Under the pieces are notes generated by a model, which worked only from the letters and a program-made list of their open reading frames with translations, was not told the DNA's origin and made no database searches. A stretch of 64,000 bases of DNA from a virus, in IMG/VR virus record IMGVR_UViG_3300048599_000281. One strand, written 5' to 3'. The position numbers and the translations under genes were made by a program. Below, piece after piece: positions 52,135 to 59,312 of this stretch. Every line of letters begins with the position of its first letter. The stretch's first letter is position 1.

Positions 52135-52262
52135 GATCGTTCCTTTCTGCGACATGCGCACTTGTTGGCTTTGCGCCGCTTGTCAGCGACGACACGGGGT
52201 CGGTATTTGGGCTTGCGAAGATCGGCCGCGATCGCATTGCGGCGCCGCGGCTTCTTGGTCAT
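52131..52262 (-). CDS. Small basic peptide, possibly ArfA-like
   Basis: 43 aa, MTKKPRRRNAIAADLRKPKYRPRVVADKRRKANKCACRRKERS. AGGTGGG RBS and ATGA overlap with the next gene. Resemblance to the ArfA core (N-A-x-x-A-L-x-x-P-x-F/Y-R-x-R-V) is from memory only. Confidence 0.4.
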   Translation of the reverse strand: MTKKPRRRNAIAADLRKPKYRPRVVADKRRKANKCACRRKERS

Positions 52263-52338
52263 CGCCGCACCCACCTGATGCGCTTCTTGCGATCACGGCT
52301 GCGGCCGCCCGAGCGATAGACCTGCTTCCAACAGCGTC

Positions 52339-52593
52339 TCATAGGAACGGCCCCTCGATCGCCTGAATATCGGACAGCGGAATGAACACGTCAGGCTGAG
52401 CGGATTTAGCGACACCCATTTGTTGCGCCAGATCGATAGCGATCAGCGGCTGGCCTGGCTTGTTGTGCAGACAGCGAAAGGCGCCGTGAAATACGCCGAC
52501 CGCGGTGTAAACACGGATGAAATAGCCCTGCCCTTCCAGGTCGGCTTCCATATTCTCGGTGATGGCGTTGAACTGATCCTGAGTCATTGCCAT
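52339..52593 (-). CDS. Hypothetical small protein
   Basis: 84 aa from ATG 52593. Confidence 0.58.
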   Translation of the reverse strand: MAMTQDQFNAITENMEADLEGQGYFIRVYTAVGVFHGAFRCLHNKPGQPLIAIDLAQQMGVAKSAQPDVFIPLSDIQAIEGPFL

Positions 52594-52907
52594 GTCTCCG
52601 AGTGATCTGAAAGCCCGAGCTCCGTGTTCAGCGGCGCATCGCAATCGAACAAGATATATTCGGCGCCAAGCTCCCTCGCCTTCTTCATGCAGAGCGCAAG
52701 GTCTTCCGGTAGATCGGGTGAGCCGCCATCCTCGTCGGCATAAACGAACCAGCCGTAAGGCGTAATGCCGACCCAGGCCTCGGGGCGAGTAACGGTCTCG
52801 CGCGTCCAGGCTTTGGCGTCGAGCCAGTCGCCCGTTTCCTTCGTGATGTGTCCGCTCGACAGATCGAGGAACACGCGCAGCGGGTGTTTGAGAGGATGCT
52901 GGGTCAT
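52584..52907 (-). CDS. Hypothetical protein
   Basis: 107 aa from ATG 52907 (ATGA overlap). Confidence 0.62.
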   Translation of the reverse strand: MTQHPLKHPLRVFLDLSSGHITKETGDWLDAKAWTRETVTRPEAWVGITPYGWFVYADEDGGSPDLPEDLALCMKKARELGAEYILFDCDAPLNTELGLSDHSETWQ

Positions 52908-53110
52908 TCGGCATCCCCGAGATTTTTCAGCACCGCCACGGCAGCGTCGGTTTTCATCAGCCGTTCGCGCTGATCGGGAGACAAAATCTCCCACGCCGCG
53001 CGCAAGAGATCCTCCAGATCGCCGATCTGGTGCTCCGGTTCGCTGGTGTCCTTGCCGTGCTGTGCGGCGGCGATAAACAGGTCTTCGAGGCGATCGTCTG
53101 GCTGGGTCAT
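52904..53110 (-). CDS. Hypothetical small protein
   Basis: 68 aa from ATG 53110 (ATGA overlap). Confidence 0.55.
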   Translation of the reverse strand: MTQPDDRLEDLFIAAAQHGKDTSEPEHQIGDLEDLLRAAWEILSPDQRERLMKTDAAVAVLKNLGDAE

Positions 53111-53544
53111 TTGAACCCCAGCTTCATGCTGCGCGCGCCGAAATTGATGATGACCTGCTTGGCGCCCTTGTCGATCGCCTCCTTGATGGGCTTCGCCCAT
53201 TCCAGCGTCTCGGCGAAATCGTCACCGCCGACGAGATCGCGGGCGGTGTCGTACCAATCTTCGTCGTTCTTCGGGTGACAGCCCTTCGCGTAGGCGCAGT
53301 AGCGCTGCCAGTATTTCGTGTTGATATCGGTCGCCGGATCCGCCGGGTCGCCAGGCGTGCCGTTCGACATCAGGTAGACACCCTGGTCATGGACCAGCAG
53401 GATCGACGGCTCGATCACGGGCTTCGTAATCGCCTCGCCAGTTTTGATGTCGAAATCGACGGTCTGCGGATTCTGTGCCGGCGCCGCGATCGAATGCTCG
53501 ACCACGCGCTTCACGTCTTCCGCATTGAAAATTAGCTTTGCCAT
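53107..53544 (-). CDS. DUF3085-like protein
   Basis: 145 aa. LLVHDQGVYLMSNG and GGDDFAE patterns (family recalled, not searched). Confidence 0.65.
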   Translation of the reverse strand: MAKLIFNAEDVKRVVEHSIAAPAQNPQTVDFDIKTGEAITKPVIEPSILLVHDQGVYLMSNGTPGDPADPATDINTKYWQRYCAYAKGCHPKNDEDWYDTARDLVGGDDFAETLEWAKPIKEAIDKGAKQVIINFGARSMKLGFK

Positions 53545-53557
53545 GTCACTCTCCCAA

Positions 53558-53767
53558 TCAGGAAAATTCGACGATGAAACGTACGGTGGTCGGATCGATG
53601 CCGGCTTTCCACGCCTTGTTGGCGCTTTCAGTCACCGCTTCGCCAATCACGTCCTGTGGAAGATCATCGGTGATATTCCGCAACCCAGTGTGCCGAAGTA
53701 ATTCATCGGCTTCGGCGACCTTCGGGCGGTTCGGATAATTCGTCGGATAGACAAGAACCTGCGGCAT
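53558..53767 (-). CDS. Hypothetical small protein
   Basis: 69 aa from ATG 53767. Leader GATGCAAACAAACGAGAGGG. Confidence 0.55.
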   Translation of the reverse strand: MPQVLVYPTNYPNRPKVAEADELLRHTGLRNITDDLPQDVIGEAVTESANKAWKAGIDPTTVRFIVEFS

Positions 53768-53801
53768 TGTTGAACCCTCTCGTTTGTTTGCATCTGCTTT
53801 T

Positions 53802-53809
53802 TCATAGCG
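53802..53809 (-). promoter_or_regulatory. -10-like box CGCTATGA
   Basis: 8 nt upstream of the ATGCAAAC leader. Confidence 0.5.
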
Positions 53810-53820
53810 AGACGCGCAGC

Positions 53821-53833
53821 GGATTGCGGTTGG
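53821..53833 (-). promoter_or_regulatory. CCWACCGCAWTCC-type upstream box (CCAACCGCAATCC)
   Basis: 11 nt upstream of the -10-like box. Confidence 0.55.
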
Positions 53834-53834
53834 T

Positions 53835-54083
53835 TCAACCTGGAGGTTGTTCGGGGCCGGTCGCAGCGAGGTAACGCTCGACAAAGGCGGGATCGACCGA
53901 GAGCAACGCCGACAGCACGCACCGCTTCATGCGGAGTTGCTCCTCGGGCTTCATGCGCTCCCAGGTCGGATAGAGGTGCTGCTCGTGTTCACGGTGCGGA
54001 AAGGCGCGAAAATACTCTCGCCGCACCGTCTTGCAGAAAACGATGGTCGCAACCTCGATCTGCTGCGGGGTGAAGCTACGCAA
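53835..54083 (-). CDS. Hypothetical protein (start uncertain)
   Basis: Frame open to 54161, but a TTG at 54083 overlaps the upstream stop. 82 aa. Confidence 0.45.
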   Translation of the reverse strand: MRSFTPQQIEVATIVFCKTVRREYFRAFPHREHEQHLYPTWERMKPEEQLRMKRCVLSALLSVDPAFVERYLAATGPEQPPG

Positions 54084-54477
54084 CCGCGGCCGCCATTCGA
54101 TCGAGCTGGGCCTGGGTGACGAGCGTGCGTCGGCGATTGGCTCGGGTCTGCGCTCGGTCACGCATCTTCTGAATGGCGGCGGCGCGCGCAGCGATTCTAC
54201 CGAGCGACTTGTCGATGGAGGCCTGGACGTGCGGCGGCATCGCGAAATTGTCAGGCAGGAGCTGGATCAGCTCCGCGAGCGCGGAATCGGTGCGAAACAG
54301 CTCGGCGACCTTCTGGGTCAGGTCTTCAGTCTCGGCCGCCAGTGAGCGCCTGACCTCGGTGAGTTCGATTTCGCGATCCGCAGCTTCCTGCCGACGCTCC
54401 TCCAGCTCGTTTCGGAGTTCAGCGATCCGATGGTCTTTGGAGATCGTTTGATCTGCCAGATGCCTTGTAAAACTCAT
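54076..54477 (-). CDS. Coiled-coil hypothetical protein
   Basis: 133 aa. Confidence 0.62.
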   Translation of the reverse strand: MSFTRHLADQTISKDHRIAELRNELEERRQEAADREIELTEVRRSLAAETEDLTQKVAELFRTDSALAELIQLLPDNFAMPPHVQASIDKSLGRIAARAAAIQKMRDRAQTRANRRRTLVTQAQLDRMAAAVA

Positions 54478-54483
54478 GGTATT

Positions 54484-55716
54484 TTAGCCTTTCACATTGA
54501 CGAGGGTGCGCAGCCTGGTCTGAACCGAGATCAGATCGTCCTGGGCTGCGATGACTGCGGAAACGTCTTTGTAGGCGGCGGGACTTTCATCCAGGACCTC
54601 GCTGTCGCGGCGGCACTCGATGCCTTCGACCGCACGACAATGATCCTCCAGGGTGATCGTTTTCATCGCATCGCCGCGGCTCATGGCTCGCCCTGCCCCG
54701 TGACTGCACGAGGTGAACGAGTCGCGATTGCCCTTGCCCTTCACGATGAAGGAGCCGGTGCCCATCGAACCTGGAATGATGCCGTATTCGTCGAGCCGGG
54801 CGCGCGTCGCGCCCTTGCGGGTCACCCAGACATTCTTGTCGAAGTGATTTTCCTTCGCCGCGAAATTGTGGTGGCAATCGAAGCGCCAATGCACGGCGGC
54901 GCCGAGCACATCGATCACGGCGTCCATCATGGCGTTGCGGTTCGCTTTCGCGAAATCCTGCGCCCAGAGCATCGCCTCGATGTAGAGGCTAAAGTCCTTC
55001 TCGCCTTCCGGCAGAAAGGCGAGATTTGGATCCGGCAATTCAACGTGCCATTTCTCCATGTGCGCTTTCGCACGCCGCGTGAAGATGTTGGCAATTCGAG
55101 CGCCCGGCCCGCGCGAGCCGGAATGCAGCATCAGCCAGACGTTGTTGGCTTCGTCGGCCTGGACCTCGATGAAATGGTTGCCAGTGCCGAGCGTGCCGAT
55201 GTGACGCTCGGTATTCTTGATATCCAGCTCGGGCGTTTTGGCGAGAATGTCGCCCCATCGATACGACAACGATGCTCCAGGAACCGTGTCGCCGGCGAGC
55301 CGCCATCTGTTTTCAATTCGCTCGGGCACCTTGCCCCAGGCGCCGCGATCGTTCGGACCGCCATTGTCAGTGCGGCCGTGTGGCACCGCCTTCTCGATCA
55401 GATTGCGAGCACGGGCGACGCCGAACTCCTCCAGATCGTCGATGGTCATGTCGAGCTTCACCGACTGCATGCCACAGCCGATATCGACGCCGATCGCCGC
55501 CGGCACGATCGCGCCTTGTGTTGCGATCACGGATCCGATGGTCGAGCCCATGCCCCAGTGAACGTCGGGCATCGCAGCGACATGCTTGAAGATGAAAGGC
55601 AGCTTGGCGACGTTGAGAAGCTGTTGCCTGGCTTCGTCTTCGATATGAACGCCATTAACCCAGGCTTTGATGCCCGCGCCGCGCTCCTGGTCGAAATACT
55701 GGTAGTTCTGCGCCAT
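54484..55716 (-). CDS. rtcB: RNA-splicing ligase RtcB (3'-phosphate/5'-hydroxyl RNA ligase)
   Basis: 410 aa. MPDVHWGMG, GVDIGCGM, GTGNHFIE, HSGSRGPG and SCSHGAGR motifs. Confidence 0.95.
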   Translation of the reverse strand: MAQNYQYFDQERGAGIKAWVNGVHIEDEARQQLLNVAKLPFIFKHVAAMPDVHWGMGSTIGSVIATQGAIVPAAIGVDIGCGMQSVKLDMTIDDLEEFGVARARNLIEKAVPHGRTDNGGPNDRGAWGKVPERIENRWRLAGDTVPGASLSYRWGDILAKTPELDIKNTERHIGTLGTGNHFIEVQADEANNVWLMLHSGSRGPGARIANIFTRRAKAHMEKWHVELPDPNLAFLPEGEKDFSLYIEAMLWAQDFAKANRNAMMDAVIDVLGAAVHWRFDCHHNFAAKENHFDKNVWVTRKGATRARLDEYGIIPGSMGTGSFIVKGKGNRDSFTSCSHGAGRAMSRGDAMKTITLEDHCRAVEGIECRRDSEVLDESPAAYKDVSAVIAAQDDLISVQTRLRTLVNVKG

Positions 55717-55726
55717 CGCCCCTCGC

Positions 55727-55743
55727 TAAGTCAGTGTTGACTG
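55727..55743. repeat. AGTCA-N4-TGACT family palindrome, copy 15
   Basis: TAAGTCAGTGTTGACTG between the -10-like box and the rtcB RBS. Confidence 0.9.
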
Positions 55744-55748
55744 TCGCT

Positions 55749-55757
55749 GATATAGCG
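55749..55757 (-). promoter_or_regulatory. -10-like box CGCTATATC (rtcB promoter candidate)
   Basis: 5 nt upstream of palindrome copy 15. Confidence 0.6.
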
Positions 55758-55792
55758 ACTTTTGCGAGGAGCACGATCGGCACAGGCCGGGA

Positions 55793-56062
55793 CTAAGCGT
55801 CCAGGCGAGCGGGCATTATTGAGTCGTCGGGCGTGTGCCGCTCGGCGAGCGCGAGAAGCCCTTCCATCACCGCGGGATATTTCAGCGCCGCGGCAAATGC
55901 GATCAGCGCGGTGCCCTGCTCGATCTGTCGGGTCGTCATGTTCTCCGGATCAATGTCGGACGTGTTGAAGACCTGAAAACTGCCGTCGGCCTTCAAAATT
56001 ACGCCGGCATCACCCTTTGCCACCGGGTTCGGCAGCAAATTTTCCCGAGAAAACAAACCCAT
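55793..56062 (-). CDS. Hypothetical protein
   Basis: 89 aa with AAGGAA RBS. Confidence 0.6.
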   Translation of the reverse strand: MGLFSRENLLPNPVAKGDAGVILKADGSFQVFNTSDIDPENMTTRQIEQGTALIAFAAALKYPAVMEGLLALAERHTPDDSIMPARLDA

Positions 56063-56101
56063 CGCTTATTCCTTGTGTGCGTAGTGACAGAGACTCGCGA
56101 C

Positions 56102-56110
56102 AATATAGCG
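56102..56110 (-). promoter_or_regulatory. -10-like box CGCTATATT
   Basis: 39 nt upstream of ATG 56062. Confidence 0.55.
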
Positions 56111-56344
56111 CGGTCTGACGCGGCGCGATATTCGGTCAATGCTTACTGATGAAATCCCGCTCGCGAAACAGCGCCGCGCGCCGGGCCAGGTGTCATAATC
56201 GGTAAAGCATCCTTCTCACTGATTTTGCTTGGGAATATTTTGGCGTTTCACGACGGGCCGGAAGTTCACCAGATTTGTTAATCTTTTCATTGACGGATAG
56301 GAATTAGATCGTGCAGGATGAAAAAAGTCCTATCGACACGGAAA

Positions 56345-56373
56345 TTGATAACGGTCAATGTACGGCATTACAT
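56345..56373 (+). promoter_or_regulatory. Sigma-70-type promoter candidate TTGATA-N17-TTACAT
   Basis: In an AT-rich gap, 43 nt upstream of ATG 56417. Confidence 0.45.
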
Positions 56374-56416
56374 CGCTGAGTTGTGATGCGGGTTGTGGAA
56401 AAGGTTGGAATGGAAA

Positions 56417-56623
56417 ATGGGCGAAATTTCAAAAGAACGCTTTGAGGAATTGGTGTCAGAAATGACTGACCGCCTGCTGGGAGAGGTGAAACGGTTTGCA
56501 GAGGAAAAGCAGCTCGGGTCGTTCTCGACCGACGCGCTCCATCAAATGTCGACGCCGCTGACCGAGATCACGGGTGAACTCCTGATGTTCGGATCCGATG
56601 TCTGGCCCTTTTCCACGATTTAG
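56417..56623 (+). CDS. Hypothetical small protein
   Basis: 68 aa from ATG 56417. Rightward gene facing the repeat array. Confidence 0.5.
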   Translation: MGEISKERFEELVSEMTDRLLGEVKRFAEEKQLGSFSTDALHQMSTPLTEITGELLMFGSDVWPFSTI

Positions 56624-56773
56624 CGAGGTCGCTAAAACCAGCTTTAGCAACGTCGCCAATTAGCGACCATGCTAATTGGCGATGCCGCTAATTGGCGATG
56701 TCGCTAAAACGCGAATGATCGAAATCGCTATTGAGCGAGGTCGCTCTTTGGCGGCGTCGCTAATTGGCGAAGT

Positions 56774-56782
56774 CGTCTATTA
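56774..56782 (+). promoter_or_regulatory. CGTCTATTA box, copy 5
   Basis: Embedded in the array as GTCGTCTATTAGCGG. Confidence 0.55.
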
Positions 56783-56851
56783 GCGGGGTCGCTATTCAGC
56801 GATGTCGCCAAGTCGCTCTTTCGTGGATAGCGACCTCGTGCTTTGGCGAAG

Positions 56852-56881
56852 TCGCTATGCCGCGTTTTCGCGGCATAGCGA
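56852..56881. repeat. Perfect 13-bp-stem palindrome TCGCTATGCCGCG-TTTT-CGCGGCATAGCGA
   Basis: Its left arm is repeated: the 20-bp direct repeat CGCTATGCCGCGTTTTCGCG lies at 56853-56872 and 56893-56912. Confidence 0.9.
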
Positions 56882-56894
56882 AAGAGCGATACCG

Positions 56895-57092
56895 CTATGC
56901 CGCGTTTTCGCGATCCAGCTTTGCATTGAGTTTTGCGAGGCTTTTGTTGCGGGGATTGTGAATCTGGATCGTCGCCGGGCCTTGCTGCGCTCGCACGCCG
57001 GCGCCACCGCAGGCCTGGCAGTTCCACCATTCACGCACGCCTTGTTGCAGCGTGAAATGCGAGCAGGCGCCGTGGCAGAGCGAGCAGATCAT
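56895..57092 (-). CDS. Small Cys-rich (zinc-ribbon-like) protein
   Basis: 65 aa, MICSLCHGACSH..WNCQACGG. GC-rich third positions and no clear RBS. The stop lies inside the second 20-bp repeat. Confidence 0.45.
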   Translation of the reverse strand: MICSLCHGACSHFTLQQGVREWWNCQACGGAGVRAQQGPATIQIHNPRNKSLAKLNAKLDRENAA

Positions 57093-57106
57093 GGCGATTG
57101 GGCGAT

Positions 57107-57121
57107 GTCGCTATTTCGCTA
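57107..57121 (+). promoter_or_regulatory. Two direct TCGCTA half-sites (GTCGCTATTTCGCTA)
   Basis: In the 26-nt gap between two small genes. Confidence 0.5.
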
Positions 57122-57364
57122 CGGATTTTTTCGAATGGCGTCGGCGATCGCGACACAGGCGCGGTCCCAGGGCGTTCCGCGCTCACATCGCTGCTCCAGC
57201 GCGACGGTCGCGCACCGCTCTCGCTCCAACATGATCGCGTGATCGAGATAGGCGCCGGCCTGACAGACGCCATTGACCGGATCATCACCAGCGACCGTTG
57301 CTCCGCATTTCGGGCACGGATCGGGCTTTTCGTTTTCACAAGGGCAGCCTCTTAAGTCGCTCAT
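57119..57364 (-). CDS. Hypothetical small Cys-containing protein
   Basis: 81 aa. Confidence 0.6.
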   Translation of the reverse strand: MSDLRGCPCENEKPDPCPKCGATVAGDDPVNGVCQAGAYLDHAIMLERERCATVALEQRCERGTPWDRACVAIADAIRKNP

Positions 57365-57380
57365 TGGCGATTCCTTGCAA

Positions 57381-57396
57381 ATCAGTTAACACTGAT
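57381..57396. repeat. Variant palindrome ATCAGT-TAAC-ACTGAT, copy 16
   Basis: 16 nt upstream of ATG 57364. Confidence 0.75.
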
Positions 57397-57435
57397 CCAT
57401 CAACGGGTTACCGCGATGTTTCATGTGAAGCTAAA

Positions 57436-57460
57436 TCGCGAAATAGCGACCTCGCTAAAT
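57436..57460 (+). promoter_or_regulatory. TCGCTA-type sites (TCGCGAAATAGCGACCTCGCTAAAT)
   Basis: Between the terminator at 57463-57498 and the palindrome at 57381. Confidence 0.5.
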
Positions 57461-57462
57461 CT

Positions 57463-57498
57463 CTACAAAATATCGGCGGGCCACTGGGACCCGCCGAT
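57463..57498 (-). terminator. Rho-independent terminator after 57527..58219
   Basis: Minus-strand ATCGGCGGG-N9-CCCGCCGAT followed by ATTTTGT. Confidence 0.8.
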
Positions 57499-57526
57499 GA
57501 ATGCTAGGCTTCAATCGTCGCTGCGA

Positions 57527-58219
57527 TCAGGCAGCGGCGATCCCGCGCAGCGCAGCAGCGACCTGGGAGTTCGGATTGCGCTCCAGGGTCTGCTTCGTGC
57601 GGGTCGCGATCTTGACCGTGTCGAACAGGTTCATGATCTGCCCCGCCTGCGAGCGCGCCGTGCCCTCGCTGTAGGAGGCTCCGGACCGCTTCGACGCGGC
57701 GCGCAGCGCAGCGACGAGATCGGCCTGGGTCACGGTGCCGGCCTTTTCGAGCGCCTCGAAGCAGACCATCGCGTAGACCGACGGTTTCTTGCCGGCGGCG
57801 ATGCTCTGGAACAGGTTCTCGAACTTCTCGGCGATCTTCTTCTGCTTGGGCAGAAGCGCGATCACCGCGGCCTTGTTGGCTTCCGGATCGACGGTCGAGC
57901 CGATGGTCAGCTCGAAATGCTTGGCGTCGATCGCGTTCAGATCGCGCGGCGTGCGCGGCGCGCCAGCCTTGCGGGTCTTCTCGGCAGCCGGGGCTTCCGG
58001 GGTCGCTTCGGGCTCGATGCCGCTGGCCGAGACCGGTGCGGCTTCGTAGTGCTCCGATTTCGCCTCGACCAGCTCGACCGCGGCCTCGTCGGCCGGATCC
58101 AGCTCGACGATCGCCGGATCGCTGGTGAAGCTCTCCAGGTCGAGTTCGGCGAGCTGAGCATCCACCGCGGCGATCTCCGCAGCAGACGGCGTCTCGGTAT
58201 TCACAGTGCGCTTGTCCAT
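57527..58219 (-). CDS. Phage protein, probable third member of the 42125/45342 family
   Basis: 230 aa from ATG 58219 (AAGGAG RBS). Acidic N-terminal half. C-terminal SEGTARSQAGQIMNLFDTVKIATR..RNPNS resembles STAPTQASSTMQALETLGLVKR..RNPT. Confidence 0.68.
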   Translation of the reverse strand: MDKRTVNTETPSAAEIAAVDAQLAELDLESFTSDPAIVELDPADEAAVELVEAKSEHYEAAPVSASGIEPEATPEAPAAEKTRKAGAPRTPRDLNAIDAKHFELTIGSTVDPEANKAAVIALLPKQKKIAEKFENLFQSIAAGKKPSVYAMVCFEALEKAGTVTQADLVAALRAASKRSGASYSEGTARSQAGQIMNLFDTVKIATRTKQTLERNPNSQVAAALRGIAAA

Positions 58220-58276
58220 CAGACACTCCTTCTCTGTTTGAGGAATGATCGCATTCGCGCTCTCATTCGATGTTTC

Positions 58277-58285
58277 AGACATAGC
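58277..58285 (-). promoter_or_regulatory. -10-like box CGCTATGTC
   Basis: The degenerate upstream box CCAACCGACTTCC lies 11 nt further upstream (58297-58309). Confidence 0.5.
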
Positions 58286-58322
58286 GAGTTGCCCTGCGGA
58301 AGTCGGTTGGGACGTTGCGTTT

Positions 58323-58796
58323 TTACGAGGAAACAGGTGAGGCGAGCAGCTTGTTGATCGCCTTGATGCCGAGCGGAGTGACGCGGCAGTCGTGATAGTC
58401 GCCGTTGGTCAGGCCGCGCACGCCGAGTTTCTCCACCGCGCTGCGCAACCGTCTGAGACCGCTGCGGCTGCCAAAATCAATTCCAGTGCCAAGCTCGTCG
58501 ATTGTGCGAAGAACCTGGATTTCGGAAGGGGAAAGATTACTGATGTCGGGCTCGATCGGCTGAATATCGGCGACGGTCAGCATCACAGCGGGGTGTTTGC
58601 TGCTGGCGATGTTCAGCACCACGTTTTGACCGGCGGCGATCGCCAGGCGCTCCTCCATCGAGGGAGCCCAGACCGATGTGAATTGACCGTCGACAGCGCG
58701 AACGGACAGATCGCTACATTCGCCGTCACGTTCCTCGTCCCAGTTCCTGGGCTTTTTCAGCGTCAGATTGGCGCCGTGAAACTTGATGGACTTCAT
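58323..58796 (-). CDS. Hypothetical protein
   Basis: 157 aa. Confidence 0.62.
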   Translation of the reverse strand: MKSIKFHGANLTLKKPRNWDEERDGECSDLSVRAVDGQFTSVWAPSMEERLAIAAGQNVVLNIASSKHPAVMLTVADIQPIEPDISNLSPSEIQVLRTIDELGTGIDFGSRSGLRRLRSAVEKLGVRGLTNGDYHDCRVTPLGIKAINKLLASPVSS

Positions 58797-59056
58797 GTGA
58801 GCTCCGGTTCGTCGTGACAGAGGGGCAGGGGAATGAAATCGCCGTCGCGGAAATAGCTGATGTCGGCGCGTAAGGCGTCGATCTTACCCTCCAGTTCGGC
58901 CTTATCCTGCTGTGCCTTGATCTTGTAGGCGCAGTCCGCGCAATGCCCGGCGCGCTTGTCGCCGATGAATGTCTCCTCGCAGACGCGGCACTTGTTCATG
59001 TAGCTGCCAGGAGCCCACCAGCCGCATTTCGGGCGGTCATCGGTTTTCCAGGTCAT
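58793..59056 (-). CDS. Small Cys-rich protein
   Basis: 87 aa with CRVC and CADC pairs. Confidence 0.6.
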   Translation of the reverse strand: MTWKTDDRPKCGWWAPGSYMNKCRVCEETFIGDKRAGHCADCAYKIKAQQDKAELEGKIDALRADISYFRDGDFIPLPLCHDEPELT

Positions 59057-59301
59057 GCTTTACCCTCGCAGATATAGCCGGCGAGACCCGCGACCAGGAT
59101 CACCACCCGTGAAACGAGCCAGGTCACAAGCATCGCGCCGAGCTGCACCGAGCCTGCAAGCAGCGCGAGAACCGGCACCTGAAACGCGCGCACGAAGCTC
59201 AGTGGCGCGAACCAGAGGGAGGCGCGGAGCGCCAGCCCTGCGGATTGTTGCCAGCTCGCGTTGCGCTTGAAGGTGACGGGGATAACGTCGGTGCTCTGCA
59301 A
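59053..59301 (-). CDS. Small membrane protein
   Basis: TTG 59301 with AGGTGG 5 nt upstream. 82 aa with two hydrophobic segments. The 228-aa track ORF extension is rejected. Confidence 0.5.
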   Translation of the reverse strand: MQSTDVIPVTFKRNASWQQSAGLALRASLWFAPLSFVRAFQVPVLALLAGSVQLGAMLVTWLVSRVVILVAGLAGYICEGKA

Positions 59302-59312
59302 GGGCGCCACCT

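Larger units (their letters stand above)
56621..56912. repeat. Array of TCGCTA-half-site palindromes (iteron/centromere/operator-like)
   Basis: TAGCGAGGTCGCTA, GTCGCCAATTAGCGAC, CGCTAATTGGCGATG x2 in tandem, TCGCTATTGAGCGA, GTCGCTAATTGGCGA, GTCGTCTATTAGCGG, TCGCTATTCAGCGA, GATAGCGAC and others. Confidence 0.88.
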
